The position numbers and the translations under genes were made by a program. This document shows, piece by piece, positions 44,676-55,396 of a DNA stretch of 64,000 bases. The number at the start of each line of letters is the position of its first letter. Within the stretch, counting starts at the first letter, position 1. A model generated the notes under the pieces. It saw nothing but the letters and a program-made list of their open reading frames with translations. It had not been told where the DNA came from and searched no databases. The stretch comes from an uncultured Actinomycetota bacterium (GTDB lineage Bacteria; Actinomycetota; Actinomycetes; Mycobacteriales; Mycobacteriaceae), in contig CAVTSZ010000025.1 of NCBI GenBank assembly GCA_963737385.1, positions 109,848 to 173,847 on the forward strand. Reading direction: 5' to 3'.

Positions 44676-46822
44676 TGGCGTCCGAGGCGCCGGCGTCGGT
44701 ACCCACCGTCTGGCCGGGAACGAGCTATCCCCTTGGTGCGACGTACGACGGCGCAGGAACGAATTTTTCGCTGTTCTCCGAAGTCGCCGAGCGGGTCGAG
44801 CTGTGCCTGATCGGTAAAGACGGCAGCGAGGAGCGCATCAACCTCGACGAGGTCGACGGCTACGTCTGGCACTGCTATCTGCCCACCGTCACGCCCGGGC
44901 AGCGCTACGGCTTTCGTGTCCACGGGCCGTGGGATCCCTCCGCCGGCCATCGCTGCGATCCGAGCAAGCTGCTGCTGGACCCCTACGGCAAGTCCTTCCA
45001 CGGCGATTTCGACTTCAGCCAGGCGCTGTACTCCTACGACCTGAAGGCCGACGACCTGGCGGCCGGTGGCACGCCGCCGATGATCGACTCACTCGGCCAC
45101 ACCATGACCAGCGTCGTGATCAACCCGTTCTTCCAGTGGGCATCTGACCGCGCACCGCGCACGCCCTACCACGAGACCGTGATCTACGAGGCGCACGTCA
45201 AGGGCATGACTCAGACACATCCCGGAATTCCCGACGCGCTACGCGGCACCTACGCGGGCCTGGGCCATCCGGCGATCATCGACCACCTCAAATCGCTGAA
45301 CGTCACCGCGATCGAACTCATGCCGGTGCACCAGTTCCTGCACGACCACCGCCTGCTCGACCTTGGACTGCGAAACTACTGGGGCTACAACACATTCGGC
45401 TTCTTCGCACCGCACTACCAGTACGCGGCGAACAAGCACGCGGGCGGCGCCGTAGCGGAGTTCAAGACCATGGTCCGGTCTTTTCACGAGGCCGGCATCG
45501 AGGTGATCCTCGACGTCGTCTACAACCACACCGCCGAGGGCAACCACCTCGGTCCGACGATCAACTTCCGCGGCATCGACAACGCCGCGTACTACCGACT
45601 CCTCGACGGGGACCTGAAGTTCTACAAGGACTTCACCGGCACCGGCAACAGCCTCAACGCGCGCCACCCGCACACGCTGCAGTTGATCATGGACTCGCTG
45701 CGGTACTGGGTGCTGGAGATGCACGTCGACGGCTTCCGCTTCGACCTGGCCGCGACGCTGGCGCGGGAGTTCTACGACGTCGACCGACTGTCGGCGTTCT
45801 TCGATCTGGTGCAACAGGATCCCGTGGTCAGCCAGGTCAAGCTCATCGCCGAACCGTGGGACATCGGCGAGGGCGGCTACCAGGTCGGCAATTTCCCGGG
45901 TTTGTGGACCGAGTGGAACGGGAAGTATCGCGACACTGTGCGTGACTACTGGCGGGGCGAGCCCGCGACCCTCGGTGAATTCGCGTCCCGGCTGACCGGG
46001 TCGTCGGATCTCTACGAAGCCACCGGCAGGCGGCCGAGCGCGAGCATCAACTTCGTCACCTGTCACGACGGGTTCACGATGGCCGATCTGGTGTCCTACA
46101 ACGAGAAGCACAACGAGGCCAATGGCGAGGACAACCGCGACGGCGAGAGCCACAACCGGTCGTGGAACTGCGGCGTCGAGGGACCCACCGACGACCCCGA
46201 GATCCTCGCACTGCGGGGCAAGCAGATGCGCAACATCATCGGCACGCTGATGCTGTCGCAGGGCACCCCGATGATCGCTCACGGCGACGAGATCGGGCGC
46301 ACCCAGTCAGGTAACAACAACGTCTACTGCCAGGACTCCGAGATCTCGTGGATGGACTGGTCGCTGTGCGACAAGAACGCCGACCATCTCGACTTCACCC
46401 GCAAGGTGGTCGAGTTACGCAAGCGGCACCCGGTGTTCCGGCGACGGCGCTTCTTCGAGGGCGAACCACTGCGCACCGGCGACCAGGTCCGCGACATCGC
46501 ATGGCTGACCCCGGCGGGCAGCGAGATGGAACCAGAGGACTGGAATTCCGGCTTCAAGTGCGTGGCGATGTTCCTCAACGGAGAGGCGATTCCCGCGCCG
46601 AACGAGCGGGGCGAACGCGTGGTGGACGACTCGTTCCTGCTGTGCTTCAACGCCCACAGCCAGGCGGTCGACTTCGTTTCTCCCGGCAAGGATTACGCCC
46701 AGCAATGGACGGCCGTTCTCGATGCGGCCGATCCGACCGGTGCCAGTGACCTGGTGGTGAAGGCGGGCAAGAAATTCTCCCTGCAGGGGCGGTCGCTGCT
46801 GGTGCTGCGTAAGACCGCCTAG
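44675..46822 (+). CDS. glgX: Glycogen debranching enzyme (TreX/GlgX)
   Basis: YWGY, DVVYNH, DGFRFDLA, AEPWD, HDGFT. Confidence 0.97.
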   Translation: MASEAPASVPTVWPGTSYPLGATYDGAGTNFSLFSEVAERVELCLIGKDGSEERINLDEVDGYVWHCYLPTVTPGQRYGFRVHGPWDPSAGHRCDPSKLLLDPYGKSFHGDFDFSQALYSYDLKADDLAAGGTPPMIDSLGHTMTSVVINPFFQWASDRAPRTPYHETVIYEAHVKGMTQTHPGIPDALRGTYAGLGHPAIIDHLKSLNVTAIELMPVHQFLHDHRLLDLGLRNYWGYNTFGFFAPHYQYAANKHAGGAVAEFKTMVRSFHEAGIEVILDVVYNHTAEGNHLGPTINFRGIDNAAYYRLLDGDLKFYKDFTGTGNSLNARHPHTLQLIMDSLRYWVLEMHVDGFRFDLAATLAREFYDVDRLSAFFDLVQQDPVVSQVKLIAEPWDIGEGGYQVGNFPGLWTEWNGKYRDTVRDYWRGEPATLGEFASRLTGSSDLYEATGRRPSASINFVTCHDGFTMADLVSYNEKHNEANGEDNRDGESHNRSWNCGVEGPTDDPEILALRGKQMRNIIGTLMLSQGTPMIAHGDEIGRTQSGNNNVYCQDSEISWMDWSLCDKNADHLDFTRKVVELRKRHPVFRRRRFFEGEPLRTGDQVRDIAWLTPAGSEMEPEDWNSGFKCVAMFLNGEAIPAPNERGERVVDDSFLLCFNAHSQAVDFVSPGKDYAQQWTAVLDAADPTGASDLVVKAGKKFSLQGRSLLVLRKTA

Positions 46823-46825
46823 CAC

Positions 46826-49111
46826 ATGCCTTTTCCGGTGCTGTCGACGTATCGGCTGCAGATGCGCGGCGACTCGTTCACGTTCGCCGACGCCGAGAAT
46901 CTGCTGCCCTACCTCGACGACCTCGGGGTGTCGCACCTGTACCTGTCCCCGATCCTGACCGCGGCGCGGGGTTCGACGCACGGATACGACGTCACCGACC
47001 CCACAACGGTTTCGGCCGCGCTGGGCGGCGCCGACGGGTTGGCGCGGCTGTCGTCGGCGGCCCGGTCGCGCGGCATGGGCCTGATCGTCGACATCGTGCC
47101 CAACCACGTCGGCATCGAGAAGCCCCAACAGAATCCGTGGTGGTGGGACGTGCTCCAGCACGGCCGCGGTTCCGCGTACTCGTCCTACTTCGACATCGAC
47201 TGGGATCTCGACGGCGGCCGAATCGTGTTGCCGGTACTGGGTTCCGACGACGACATCGCCGACCTCGAGGTCGACGGTGATGTGCTGCGGCTGGGCGATC
47301 TGGTGTATCCGATCACGCCGGGCACCGGTTCGGGGCCGGGCTCCGAAGTCCATGACCGCCAGCACTATCGGTTGACCGGGTGGCGAAGCGGGCGGTGCGG
47401 ATATCGGCGGTTCTTCTCCATCACCTCGCTGGCTGGACTCCGCCAGGAGGACCGCGCCGTATTCGACGCAACCCACGTCGAGGTCGGGCGCTGGTTCCGC
47501 GAGGGCCTGGTGGACGGCGTGCGTATCGACCATCCGGACGGATTGTCCGATCCCGCAGGCTATCTCGAGTGGTTGCGCGAGCTAGCCGGGCCCGAGGCCT
47601 GGATCGTGATCGAGAAGATCCTCGCCGTCGACGAAGCACTTGAGCCCACGCTTCCCGTCGCAGGCACCACCGGTTACGACGCGCTGCGTGAGGTCGGGGG
47701 CGTGTTCATCGATCCCGCGGGCGCCGGCCCCTTGACCGACCTCTTCGGTGCCACCGGCGTGGCGTACGACGCACTGCCGGAGGTGGCCCGCCGCCTGAAG
47801 GCCGGGGCCGCGACCAACACCCTGCGCAGCGAGTTGGACCGCGTGCGACGCACCATCGTCGCCGCCACTGGCACCGACCACCCCGACCTACCCGACGCCG
47901 TGGCGACGCTCATCAGTCATATCGACGTCTACCGCTCCGATTACCAGGCACTCTCGGCGTTATTGCCGACCGCTTTCGCCGATACGACTTCGGAGAGGCC
48001 GGAATTGGCCGCGCCGCTGGCGATCGTCGCGGCGGCTTTGGCGGTGAGCACCGAGGCCAATGTGCGGCTGCAGCAGCTGTGCGGTGCGGCGACCGCGAAA
48101 TCGATGGAGGACTGCCTCTTCTACCGGGATGCGCGACTGGTCTCGCTCAATGAGGTCGGCGGGGAGCCCCGACGCTTCGGTGTGAGCGTCGCGGAGTTTC
48201 ATCAGCGCGCGGCGGTGCGGGCGAGCATGTGGCCGCACACGATGGTGGCCCTGTCCACGCACGACACCAAGCGCGGCGAGGACGTGCGCGCCCGGATCGG
48301 GGTGCTGTCGCAGGTGCCGTCGCTGTGGGCCGAACTCGTGGGTAAGTGGGCGCTGGCCGCCCCTCCGCCCGACGCCGCAACCGGACTGTTCCTGTTGGAG
48401 AACGCGTTCGGCGTGTGGCCGGTCGACGGGACGATCGACACAGCGCTGAGGGAACGGCTGCATGCGTACGCCGAGAAGGCGATTCGCGAGTCCGCGCTGC
48501 ACACATCCTGGAACGAGCCCGACGCCGATTTCGAAAGCGCGGTACACGCGTGGTTCGACGCCGTTCTCGACGGCCCGGTCGGAACCGAGATGACGTCTCT
48601 TGTGGCCCGGCTGGATCTGCACGCGCGAAGCGACTCCCTGGGCCAGAAGCTGATCGCGCTCACGGCGCCCGGGGTGCCCGACGTCTATCAGGGCACCGAG
48701 CTGTGGGAGGACAGCCTGGTCGACCCCGACAATCGTCGGCCGGTGGACTACACGGCCCGCGCCGAGGCACTGAAGACGTTGCGCCATCCGAAGCTTCGGG
48801 TGGTTGCGGGGGCATTGCGGCTGCGGCGAGACCGCGCGGCCAGCGTCACCGACGGCGGCTACACGCCGGTATTGGCCGACGGGCCGGCTGCAGACCACCT
48901 CGTCGCGTTTCTCCGCGGCGACGATGTGCTGACCGCCGTCAGCCGGCACACGGTTCTGTTGTCCGAAACGGGATGGGGCGACACCGCTTTGGCCCTGCCG
49001 CCCGGTGAGTGGACCGACCGCATCTCGGGCGGGCGGTTCAGCGGCCGGACCCTCGCCGCCGAACTGTTCGCGGACCTCCCGGTGGCGCTGTTGGAGCGCA
49101 CCGGTGGCTGA
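46826..49111 (+). CDS. treY: Malto-oligosyltrehalose synthase
   Basis: STYRLQ, GSTHGYDV, DIVPNH, RIDHPDGL, THDTKRGED, LVDPDNRRPVD. Confidence 0.97.
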   Translation: MPFPVLSTYRLQMRGDSFTFADAENLLPYLDDLGVSHLYLSPILTAARGSTHGYDVTDPTTVSAALGGADGLARLSSAARSRGMGLIVDIVPNHVGIEKPQQNPWWWDVLQHGRGSAYSSYFDIDWDLDGGRIVLPVLGSDDDIADLEVDGDVLRLGDLVYPITPGTGSGPGSEVHDRQHYRLTGWRSGRCGYRRFFSITSLAGLRQEDRAVFDATHVEVGRWFREGLVDGVRIDHPDGLSDPAGYLEWLRELAGPEAWIVIEKILAVDEALEPTLPVAGTTGYDALREVGGVFIDPAGAGPLTDLFGATGVAYDALPEVARRLKAGAATNTLRSELDRVRRTIVAATGTDHPDLPDAVATLISHIDVYRSDYQALSALLPTAFADTTSERPELAAPLAIVAAALAVSTEANVRLQQLCGAATAKSMEDCLFYRDARLVSLNEVGGEPRRFGVSVAEFHQRAAVRASMWPHTMVALSTHDTKRGEDVRARIGVLSQVPSLWAELVGKWALAAPPPDAATGLFLLENAFGVWPVDGTIDTALRERLHAYAEKAIRESALHTSWNEPDADFESAVHAWFDAVLDGPVGTEMTSLVARLDLHARSDSLGQKLIALTAPGVPDVYQGTELWEDSLVDPDNRRPVDYTARAEALKTLRHPKLRVVAGALRLRRDRAASVTDGGYTPVLADGPAADHLVAFLRGDDVLTAVSRHTVLLSETGWGDTALALPPGEWTDRISGGRFSGRTLAAELFADLPVALLERTGG

Positions 49112-50881
49112 GTTTCGATCGTCGGCTCGGCCGACAGGTTCTCGGTGTGGGCGCCGATCCCCGGCCGGGTCCGGGTCGACGTCGACGGCACGCTGCACGA
49201 GATGAACCGCTCCGACGACGGCTGGTGGCGCGCCGACGTCGACGCCGGGCCGGAGGCGCGCTACGGGTTCGTTCTCGACGACGACCCGACGGTGCTGCCC
49301 GATCCGCGTTCGCCACGCCAGCCCGAGGGTGTTCATGCCCGCTCGGCGCTGTGGCAACCCGACCCCGACGCATGGACCGACGGCGACTGGGCGGGGCGCT
49401 CGATCGAGGGGCGGGTGATCTACGAGCTGCACATCGGAACGTTCACACCGGGCGGCACGTTCGACTCGGCAATCGACAAACTCGACTATCTCGTGGATCT
49501 CGGTGTCGATTTCGTCGAGGTGATGCCCGTCAACGCCTTCGGCGGGACGCACGGCTGGGGCTACGACGGTGTGCTGTGGTACGCGGTGCACGAACCGTAC
49601 GGCGGGCCCGCGGGTCTGGTGCGGTTCGTCGACGCGTGCCACCGCCGCGGTCTGGGTGTGCTGATCGACGCGGTGTTCAATCACCTCGGCCCGTCCGGAA
49701 ACTATCTGCCGCGATTCGGCCCGTACCTGTCTTCGGGCAGCAATCCGTGGGGTGAGTCGATCAACATCTCCGGTCCGGATGCGAACGAGGTGCGGCGCTA
49801 CATTCTCGATTGCGCGGTGCGTTGGATGCGAACCTTCCACGCCGACGGTCTGCGCCTCGATGCGGTACACGCGCTCGTCGACACCACGGCCATCCACATT
49901 CTCGAGGAGCTCGCGGCCGAAACCGACTCGCTGGCAGCGGAATCGGGGCGTCCACTGTCCCTGATCGCAGAGAGCGACCTCAACGACCCGCGGCTGATCA
50001 CCCCGCGTGACCGCGGAGGCCTGGGGATGACCGCGCAGTGGGACGACGACATCCACCACGCCATTCACGCCGCGGTGTCGGGGGAACGTCAGGGCTACTA
50101 CGCCGATTTCGGCTCGCTGAACGCGCTGGCGCAGACGCTGAAGCACGGCTACTTCCATGCGGGCACGTATTCCTCGTTCCGCCACCGCCGCCATGGCCGG
50201 CCGTTGGATACGGCGACGATCCCCGCGACCCGGTTGTTGGCGTACACGCTGACACACGACCAGGTGGGCAATCGAGCGTGTGGTGACCGTCCGTCACAGA
50301 ATCTGACGACCGGCCAGTTGGCGGTCAAGGCCGCGCTCGCCCTCGGGTCGCCCTACACCGCAATGCTTTTCATGGGTGAGGAGTGGGGTTCGTCGTCTCC
50401 TTTCCAGTTCTTCACCAGCCATCCCGAGCCCGATCTGGCCAGGGCTACCGCCGAGGGCCGCAAGCGCGAATTCGCCGAGCACGGGTGGGACGCCGACGAG
50501 ATCCCCGACCCGCAGGACCCGGCCACATTCGAACGCTCCAAGTTGAAGTGGGACGAGGTCGACGACGGCGAACACGGCCGGCTGCGTCGCGTCTATGAAC
50601 AGCTGATCAAGTTGCGGCACAACGAACCCGACCTCGCCGACCCGTGGCTGGACGACATGCGGGTCGACTACGACGAAAACCAGCAGTGGATTGTGATGCA
50701 CCGCGGCGTGTTGGCGATCGCGTGCAATCTCGGCACCGAGGCTGTCGACGTTCCGGTCACCGGCGAGGTGGTGCTGGCGTGGGATGAGCCTGCGGTGGGC
50801 CCGAAATCGACGCGGATTGACGGACATTCGTTCGCGATTGTCAAGTCACCATCCACAACAGCCCGACCTGTGGATAACTGA
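49104..50881 (+). CDS. treZ: Malto-oligosyltrehalose trehalohydrolase (apparent -1 frameshift ~49130)
   Basis: FSVWAP, WGYDGV, LRLDAVHA, IAESD, HDQVGNR, FMGEE. Confidence 0.95.
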
Positions 50882-50918
50882 CTACCGCCAAACCCGCGGT
50901 CACATCCATGATTCGGGC

Positions 50919-51365
50919 ATGCCTCATTGCGAACTTTTGCCGATTCCGCCCGTCGAGACCGCGACCCACCCGGTGCACTCGGCCGCCGACTTGCGCCAGC
51001 GTTGGCGGGCGCTCATGGGACCGCTGGGGTTCGGTGAGCGGTTGCTGCGCTTCGCGTTCATGGGGCCGGACCGATGCCTGGTCAAATTCCTTGCAGACGT
51101 CGAGATCGGCTCGTCGCCGAATCGACGCGACATGGGCAACCTCATGTCGGCGCTGCACACCTTGCTGGCAGACATGGACGCAGGTACTACGGTCGCCCTG
51201 CTGTTGAGCCGTCCGGGACGCGGCGGCGTCACACGGCTCGACCGCCAATGGTCCAACCTCCTCACCGAACTCGCCGGTGAATTCGGTGTGCCGCTGGAGC
51301 CGATCTTTCGCGCCAATGACGAGGCGTTGGTGCAGGTAGAAGCCCCAATCGAGGCGGTGGGCTAG
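50919..51365 (+). CDS. Actinobacterial hypothetical protein
   Basis: ADLRQRWRALMGPLGF, LLLSRPG, PIFRAND; plausible codon usage. Confidence 0.7.
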   Translation: MPHCELLPIPPVETATHPVHSAADLRQRWRALMGPLGFGERLLRFAFMGPDRCLVKFLADVEIGSSPNRRDMGNLMSALHTLLADMDAGTTVALLLSRPGRGGVTRLDRQWSNLLTELAGEFGVPLEPIFRANDEALVQVEAPIEAVG

Positions 51366-51382
51366 GTGCTACCATGTGCTAC

Positions 51383-51649
51383 ATGGAGCGCATCGGGCTG
51401 CGCGAGTTGCGGCAGCACGCCAGCCGGTACATCGCGCGCGTGGCGCGGGGTGAAACCGTTGAAGTCACGCATCGCGGCCGTCTGGTCGCGCGCATCGTGC
51501 CCGCTGGTCCCGACACATGGGAGGACCTGATCCTTCGCGGCGACATCATTCCGGCGGAGTCGCCGGTTGCCCTGGATGACATCGTGCCAATCAGTGTCGA
51601 TTTCGACGCCTCAGCAGAATTGCTACGGCAGCGCGAAGAACGTCTGTGA
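51383..51649 (+). CDS. vapB: Phd/YefM-family antitoxin
   Basis: IGLRELRQHASRYIARVARGETVEVTHRGRLVARIVP; GTGA overlap with toxin. Confidence 0.9.
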   Translation: MERIGLRELRQHASRYIARVARGETVEVTHRGRLVARIVPAGPDTWEDLILRGDIIPAESPVALDDIVPISVDFDASAELLRQREERL

Positions 51650-52035
51650 ATATCTACTTCGACTCGTCGGCGCTGGTGAAGATGGTCGTCGAAGAGTCGG
51701 AATCGCTCGCATTGGCGCAGTACTTGGCGGGCTTCCCGGGTGATAACCGGATCACCGCCGCGATTGCCCGCACGGAGTTGCTGCGCGCCGTAGCCCGGCG
51801 CGGTACTGCTGTCGAGAACGCACGGACCGCGCTGGCGAGACTCAACTTCGTCGCGATAAACACCAACGTGCTCGACGCCGCGGCAGCGATCAGACCGCCC
51901 GAACTGCGCACCCTCGATGCGATCCACCTCGCCGCGGCGATGTCCGTGCCCGAGCTGCGTGCACTCGTCACCTATGACAGACGCCTGGCCGACGCCGCTG
52001 CCGACGCGGGCGTTGTCGTCGTCTCACCTTCCTAA
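51646..52035 (+). CDS. vapC: PIN-domain toxin
   Basis: YFDSSALVK, E, LRTLDAIHLA, VTYD. Confidence 0.93.
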   Translation: MNIYFDSSALVKMVVEESESLALAQYLAGFPGDNRITAAIARTELLRAVARRGTAVENARTALARLNFVAINTNVLDAAAAIRPPELRTLDAIHLAAAMSVPELRALVTYDRRLADAAADAGVVVVSPS

Positions 52036-53312
52036 AGCAGGTAGCGATATGCCGGCGAGCCCGGCTCCAACGTCTCGACGTGAATATCCGACGCCTTCAT
52101 CCGCTCGAGTAGACCTTCGAGGTCGGCGGCCGAACCGAGTTCGACTCCCACCAGGGCCTCGCCCGTCTCGCGATTGTTGCGCTTGACGTACTCGAACAGC
52201 GTGATGTCGTCGTTGGGGCCGAGCACCGTGTCGAGGAACCGCCGCAGCGCGCCCGGCTCCTGCGGGAAGTCCACCAGGAAGTAGTGCTTGAGCCCGAGGT
52301 GCACCAGCGAGCGCTCGAGTACCTCGCCGTACCGGGACACGTCGTTGTTGCCGCCCGAGATCACGCACACCACAGTCGATCCCGGCGCGATGTCGGCCTC
52401 CCTCAGCGCCGCCACCGACAGCGCACCCGCGGGCTCGGCGATGATGCCCTCGTTCTGGTACAGGTCGAGCATCGCGGTGCACACCGCGCCCTCGTCGGCG
52501 GTCGTGATCGACACCATGTCACCCGCCGCGGCCAGCGCCGCGTAGGTAAGCGTGCCCGCGCGGTTCACCGCCGCGCCGTCGACGAACTGGTCGACGTGGT
52601 CGAGCGTCACCGGCTCGCCCGCCGCCAACGCCGCGATCATCGCCGCCGCGCCTGCAGGCTCGACACCCAGCACCGACGTGTTGTTCGTGCGTTCGGCCAG
52701 GTATGTGGTGATGCCCGCGATGCAGCCGCCACCGCCGACCGGAACGATGACCAGATCCGGTTCGCCGTCGAGTTGCTCGAGGATTTCGGCCGCGATCGTG
52801 CCCTGCCCCGCCATCGTGCGCGGATCGTCGTACGGCGGAACGAGCGTCGCGCCCGTCCGCGCAACATCCTCGAGCGCGGCGGCCGCGGCCTCGTCGTACG
52901 TCTTGCCGACCACGATCAGCTCGATGAACTCGCGACCGTGGTACCGGATGCGGTCGCGCTTCTGCTTCGGCGTCTTGCCCGGCACGTAGACCCGGCCGTG
53001 GATGCCCATCGAACGGCACGCCATCGCGAACCCCTGAGCGTGATTGCCTGCCGATGAGCACACGACGCCTGCGGCGATCTCATCCGCGGACAGCTGCATC
53101 AGCAGGTTGTGGGCGCCACGCAGCTTGTAGGACCGTACGGTCTGCAGGTCCTCGCGCTTCAGGTAGACACTGGCGCCGGTGGCCTCCGACAGCCGCTCAC
53201 TGAATTGGAGCGGACTGCGCAGGACCACGCCGGAAATTCGCTGAGCGGCGTCATCGATGTCTGCCGCGGACAGCGGCGACGTACGAGGGCTCTGGCTCAG
53301 TTCAGCGGACAC
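52032..53312 (-). CDS. ilvA: Threonine ammonia-lyase
   Basis: KREDLQTVRSYKLRG, SAGNH, VGGGG, SGGNND. Confidence 0.97.
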   Translation of the reverse strand: MSAELSQSPRTSPLSAADIDDAAQRISGVVLRSPLQFSERLSEATGASVYLKREDLQTVRSYKLRGAHNLLMQLSADEIAAGVVCSSAGNHAQGFAMACRSMGIHGRVYVPGKTPKQKRDRIRYHGREFIELIVVGKTYDEAAAAALEDVARTGATLVPPYDDPRTMAGQGTIAAEILEQLDGEPDLVIVPVGGGGCIAGITTYLAERTNNTSVLGVEPAGAAAMIAALAAGEPVTLDHVDQFVDGAAVNRAGTLTYAALAAAGDMVSITTADEGAVCTAMLDLYQNEGIIAEPAGALSVAALREADIAPGSTVVCVISGGNNDVSRYGEVLERSLVHLGLKHYFLVDFPQEPGALRRFLDTVLGPNDDITLFEYVKRNNRETGEALVGVELGSAADLEGLLERMKASDIHVETLEPGSPAYRYLL

Positions 53313-53341
53313 CGATCAATGGTGCCACCAACCTGCAGTTT

Positions 53342-53779
53342 TCAGTTAACCGGGGTGAGCACGAAGACCGGGATCTGACGGTCGGTCTTGGTCTGATACT
53401 CGGCGTAGTCGGGCCACGCCTCGACCGCCCGTTCCCACCAGGTGGCCTTCTCATCGTCGAAGACCTCGCGTGCCTCGTAGTCCCTGGTCACCGGACCGTC
53501 CTGCAACTCGACCCGGGGATGGGCCTTGACGTTGTGGTACCAGACCGGGTTCTTCGGGGCACCGCCCAGCGATGCCACGATCGCGTACTCGCCGCCGTGT
53601 TCCACTCGCATCAGCGGGGTCTTGCGGATCTTGCCGGACTTGGCGCCGATGGTGGTCAGCAGGATGACGGGCTTGCCCTGCAGCTCGGTGCCGTCGGTCC
53701 CGCCGGACTCCATGTACTTCTCCGCGTTCTCGCGGGCCCAGTCGGACGTGCTCGGTTCGTAATCTCCGGAAAGTGGCAT
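53342..53779 (-). CDS. Deazaflavin-dependent nitroreductase (Ddn/Rv1558-like)
   Basis: [42 protein letters not shown]. Confidence 0.93.
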   Translation of the reverse strand: MPLSGDYEPSTSDWARENAEKYMESGGTDGTELQGKPVILLTTIGAKSGKIRKTPLMRVEHGGEYAIVASLGGAPKNPVWYHNVKAHPRVELQDGPVTRDYEAREVFDDEKATWWERAVEAWPDYAEYQTKTDRQIPVFVLTPVN

Positions 53780-53826
53780 GTCAACCAGCTTAGGCGGACT
53801 AGGAAAGTGAGTAGCCTCATCCGGTG

Positions 53827-53862
53827 TTTCGGTTGACCGAAAACTTCCTTCCGAGCTATCGT
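53827..53862 (+). promoter_or_regulatory. SigA-like promoter with palindrome over the -35
   Basis: TTTCGGT-TG-ACCGAAA; TTGACC-N18-TATCGT, ATG 6 nt further on. Confidence 0.5.
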
Positions 53863-53868
53863 CAACCT

Positions 53869-54060
53869 ATGACCGTGCGCGACCAAGTCAGCATCGCCGG
53901 GGTTCCCTGGCCGGTGTACAAGCTGCTCGCGCTCGCAGTCGCGGCCGTCGTCCTGGTGATCGTCGCCGTCACGACCGCGAGTGCCGCGCCGTCCGTGCTG
54001 GCCGCCGCGGCCGCCGGGACCCTCGTGTGGCTGGGCCTCGGCGCCTTCCAGTCCGACTGA
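53869..54060 (+). CDS. Small membrane hypothetical protein (63 aa)
   Basis: VSIAGVPWPVYKLLAL plus two hydrophobic segments. Confidence 0.72.
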   Translation: MTVRDQVSIAGVPWPVYKLLALAVAAVVLVIVAVTTASAAPSVLAAAAAGTLVWLGLGAFQSD

Positions 54061-54159
54061 CCACGCTTGCAACCAGTGAGGCACTCCCTGAGGTGGGAGG
54101 GCCTGACTTGTGTGTGACTCAGCGGTGGTAGCCGGGACCAGGCTCTCGACGCGGGTGGT

Positions 54160-54591
54160 TCAGCTCTCGACCAACCGCCGCAGCGTAGCCAGGTCGGCAG
54201 CGACGGCGGCGGCATCGGCGTCGAATTCCGCATCGGTCATGTTCGGCCGTCGCCGCACGGTGAAGACGACCTCGCAACGACGCTCTCCGACCTCGCCTGG
54301 CACCACCCGCAGCGGGTTGTAGACCGCCTCGCCGGACGGCATCCGCACGACGTGGTCGAGCACGCCGAACTGGTTGGGTGGCGAGAACTCCACAGTCACG
54401 GTGCCCATCGGGGAATCGGCGACCCAGCCGTCGGCGCTCTGATGCAGCCCGCCCTCGGCCAGGCCCGCGGCCCATTGCGGCCACGTCTGCGGATCCACCG
54501 CGAATTCGTAGACCACTTCGGGTGCGGCGTCGACCCACACGCTGATGTGGCGGGACGTCTCCAGGTGATCTTCAGTCGTGTCGTCGTCCAT
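54160..54591 (-). CDS. SRPBCC/polyketide cyclase family protein
   Basis: VYEFAVDPQTWPQWAAGL, GVLDH, YNPLRV, DLATLRRLVE. Confidence 0.88.
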   Translation of the reverse strand: MDDDTTEDHLETSRHISVWVDAAPEVVYEFAVDPQTWPQWAAGLAEGGLHQSADGWVADSPMGTVTVEFSPPNQFGVLDHVVRMPSGEAVYNPLRVVPGEVGERRCEVVFTVRRRPNMTDAEFDADAAAVAADLATLRRLVES

Positions 54592-54620
54592 CCCTCCATG
54601 GTGGCCCACACACTTGGCTG

Positions 54621-55361
54621 ATGGACACCACACCCGAACCCCCGAAACCGGTCGAGGAGTTCGTCCGACGCGCCGAACGCCTGGCCTCGGGCGCCGAACA
54701 CCGCATTCCCTCCTGGCTGCGGCCCGGCGATCCGGAGAACCGGATGCCGGTGCTGATCGCCCTGATCGTTGCGATCGCCCTGCAGCTCGCTATTCCGAAG
54801 AGCTACACGGTGGTGCCGCGCTGGCCGCTGATCGCTCTGGAGATCCTGCTTGTCGTCGTGCTGGTTGGCCTGAACCCGCTGCGCCTGTCGAGACGGTCGA
54901 CGTTCGGCAGGTGGGCCAGCTATGTGCTGCTCGCCGCCATCACGTTGGACAACACACTGTCGGCGTTCGTGCTGGACGTCCGCATCCTCTCCGGCGAGGT
55001 GAGCAACAACGTGGGGGTGTTGCTGGGCAGTGGCGGCGCGATCTACGTCACCAACGTGATCGTCTTCGGCATCTGGTATTGGGAGCTTGACCGAGGCGGG
55101 CCCTTCGCCCGCCGCGAAGGCGACAGCGCCTACCCCGACTTCATGTTTCCGCAAATGACGGAACGTGAACTGGCTCCGCCGAATTGGCGCCCGGAGTTCA
55201 TCGATTACCTCTACGTGAGCTTCACGAACGTGGTGGCCTTCTCCCCCACCGACACGATGCCGATGGCCCGATGGGCAAAGGCGATGATGACGGTGCAGGC
55301 GATCGTCTCGTTTACCACCCTGGCGCTCGTAATCGCAAGGGCGGTGAACGTTTTGGGCTGA
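54621..55361 (+). CDS. DUF1345-like membrane protein
   Basis: WYWELDRGGP, DFMFPQ, DYLYVSFTN, FSPTD. Confidence 0.85.
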   Translation: MDTTPEPPKPVEEFVRRAERLASGAEHRIPSWLRPGDPENRMPVLIALIVAIALQLAIPKSYTVVPRWPLIALEILLVVVLVGLNPLRLSRRSTFGRWASYVLLAAITLDNTLSAFVLDVRILSGEVSNNVGVLLGSGGAIYVTNVIVFGIWYWELDRGGPFARREGDSAYPDFMFPQMTERELAPPNWRPEFIDYLYVSFTNVVAFSPTDTMPMARWAKAMMTVQAIVSFTTLALVIARAVNVLG

Positions 55362-55396
55362 CCGTTCAGCCCGGAAATCGGAGTACGGTCGCGTTC

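Noticed and set aside
49104-49145. Programmed frameshift at the treZ start
   Set aside because: No slippery sequence; a 1-nt assembly deletion near the small GTCGGC/GCCGAC hairpin is simpler given other indels
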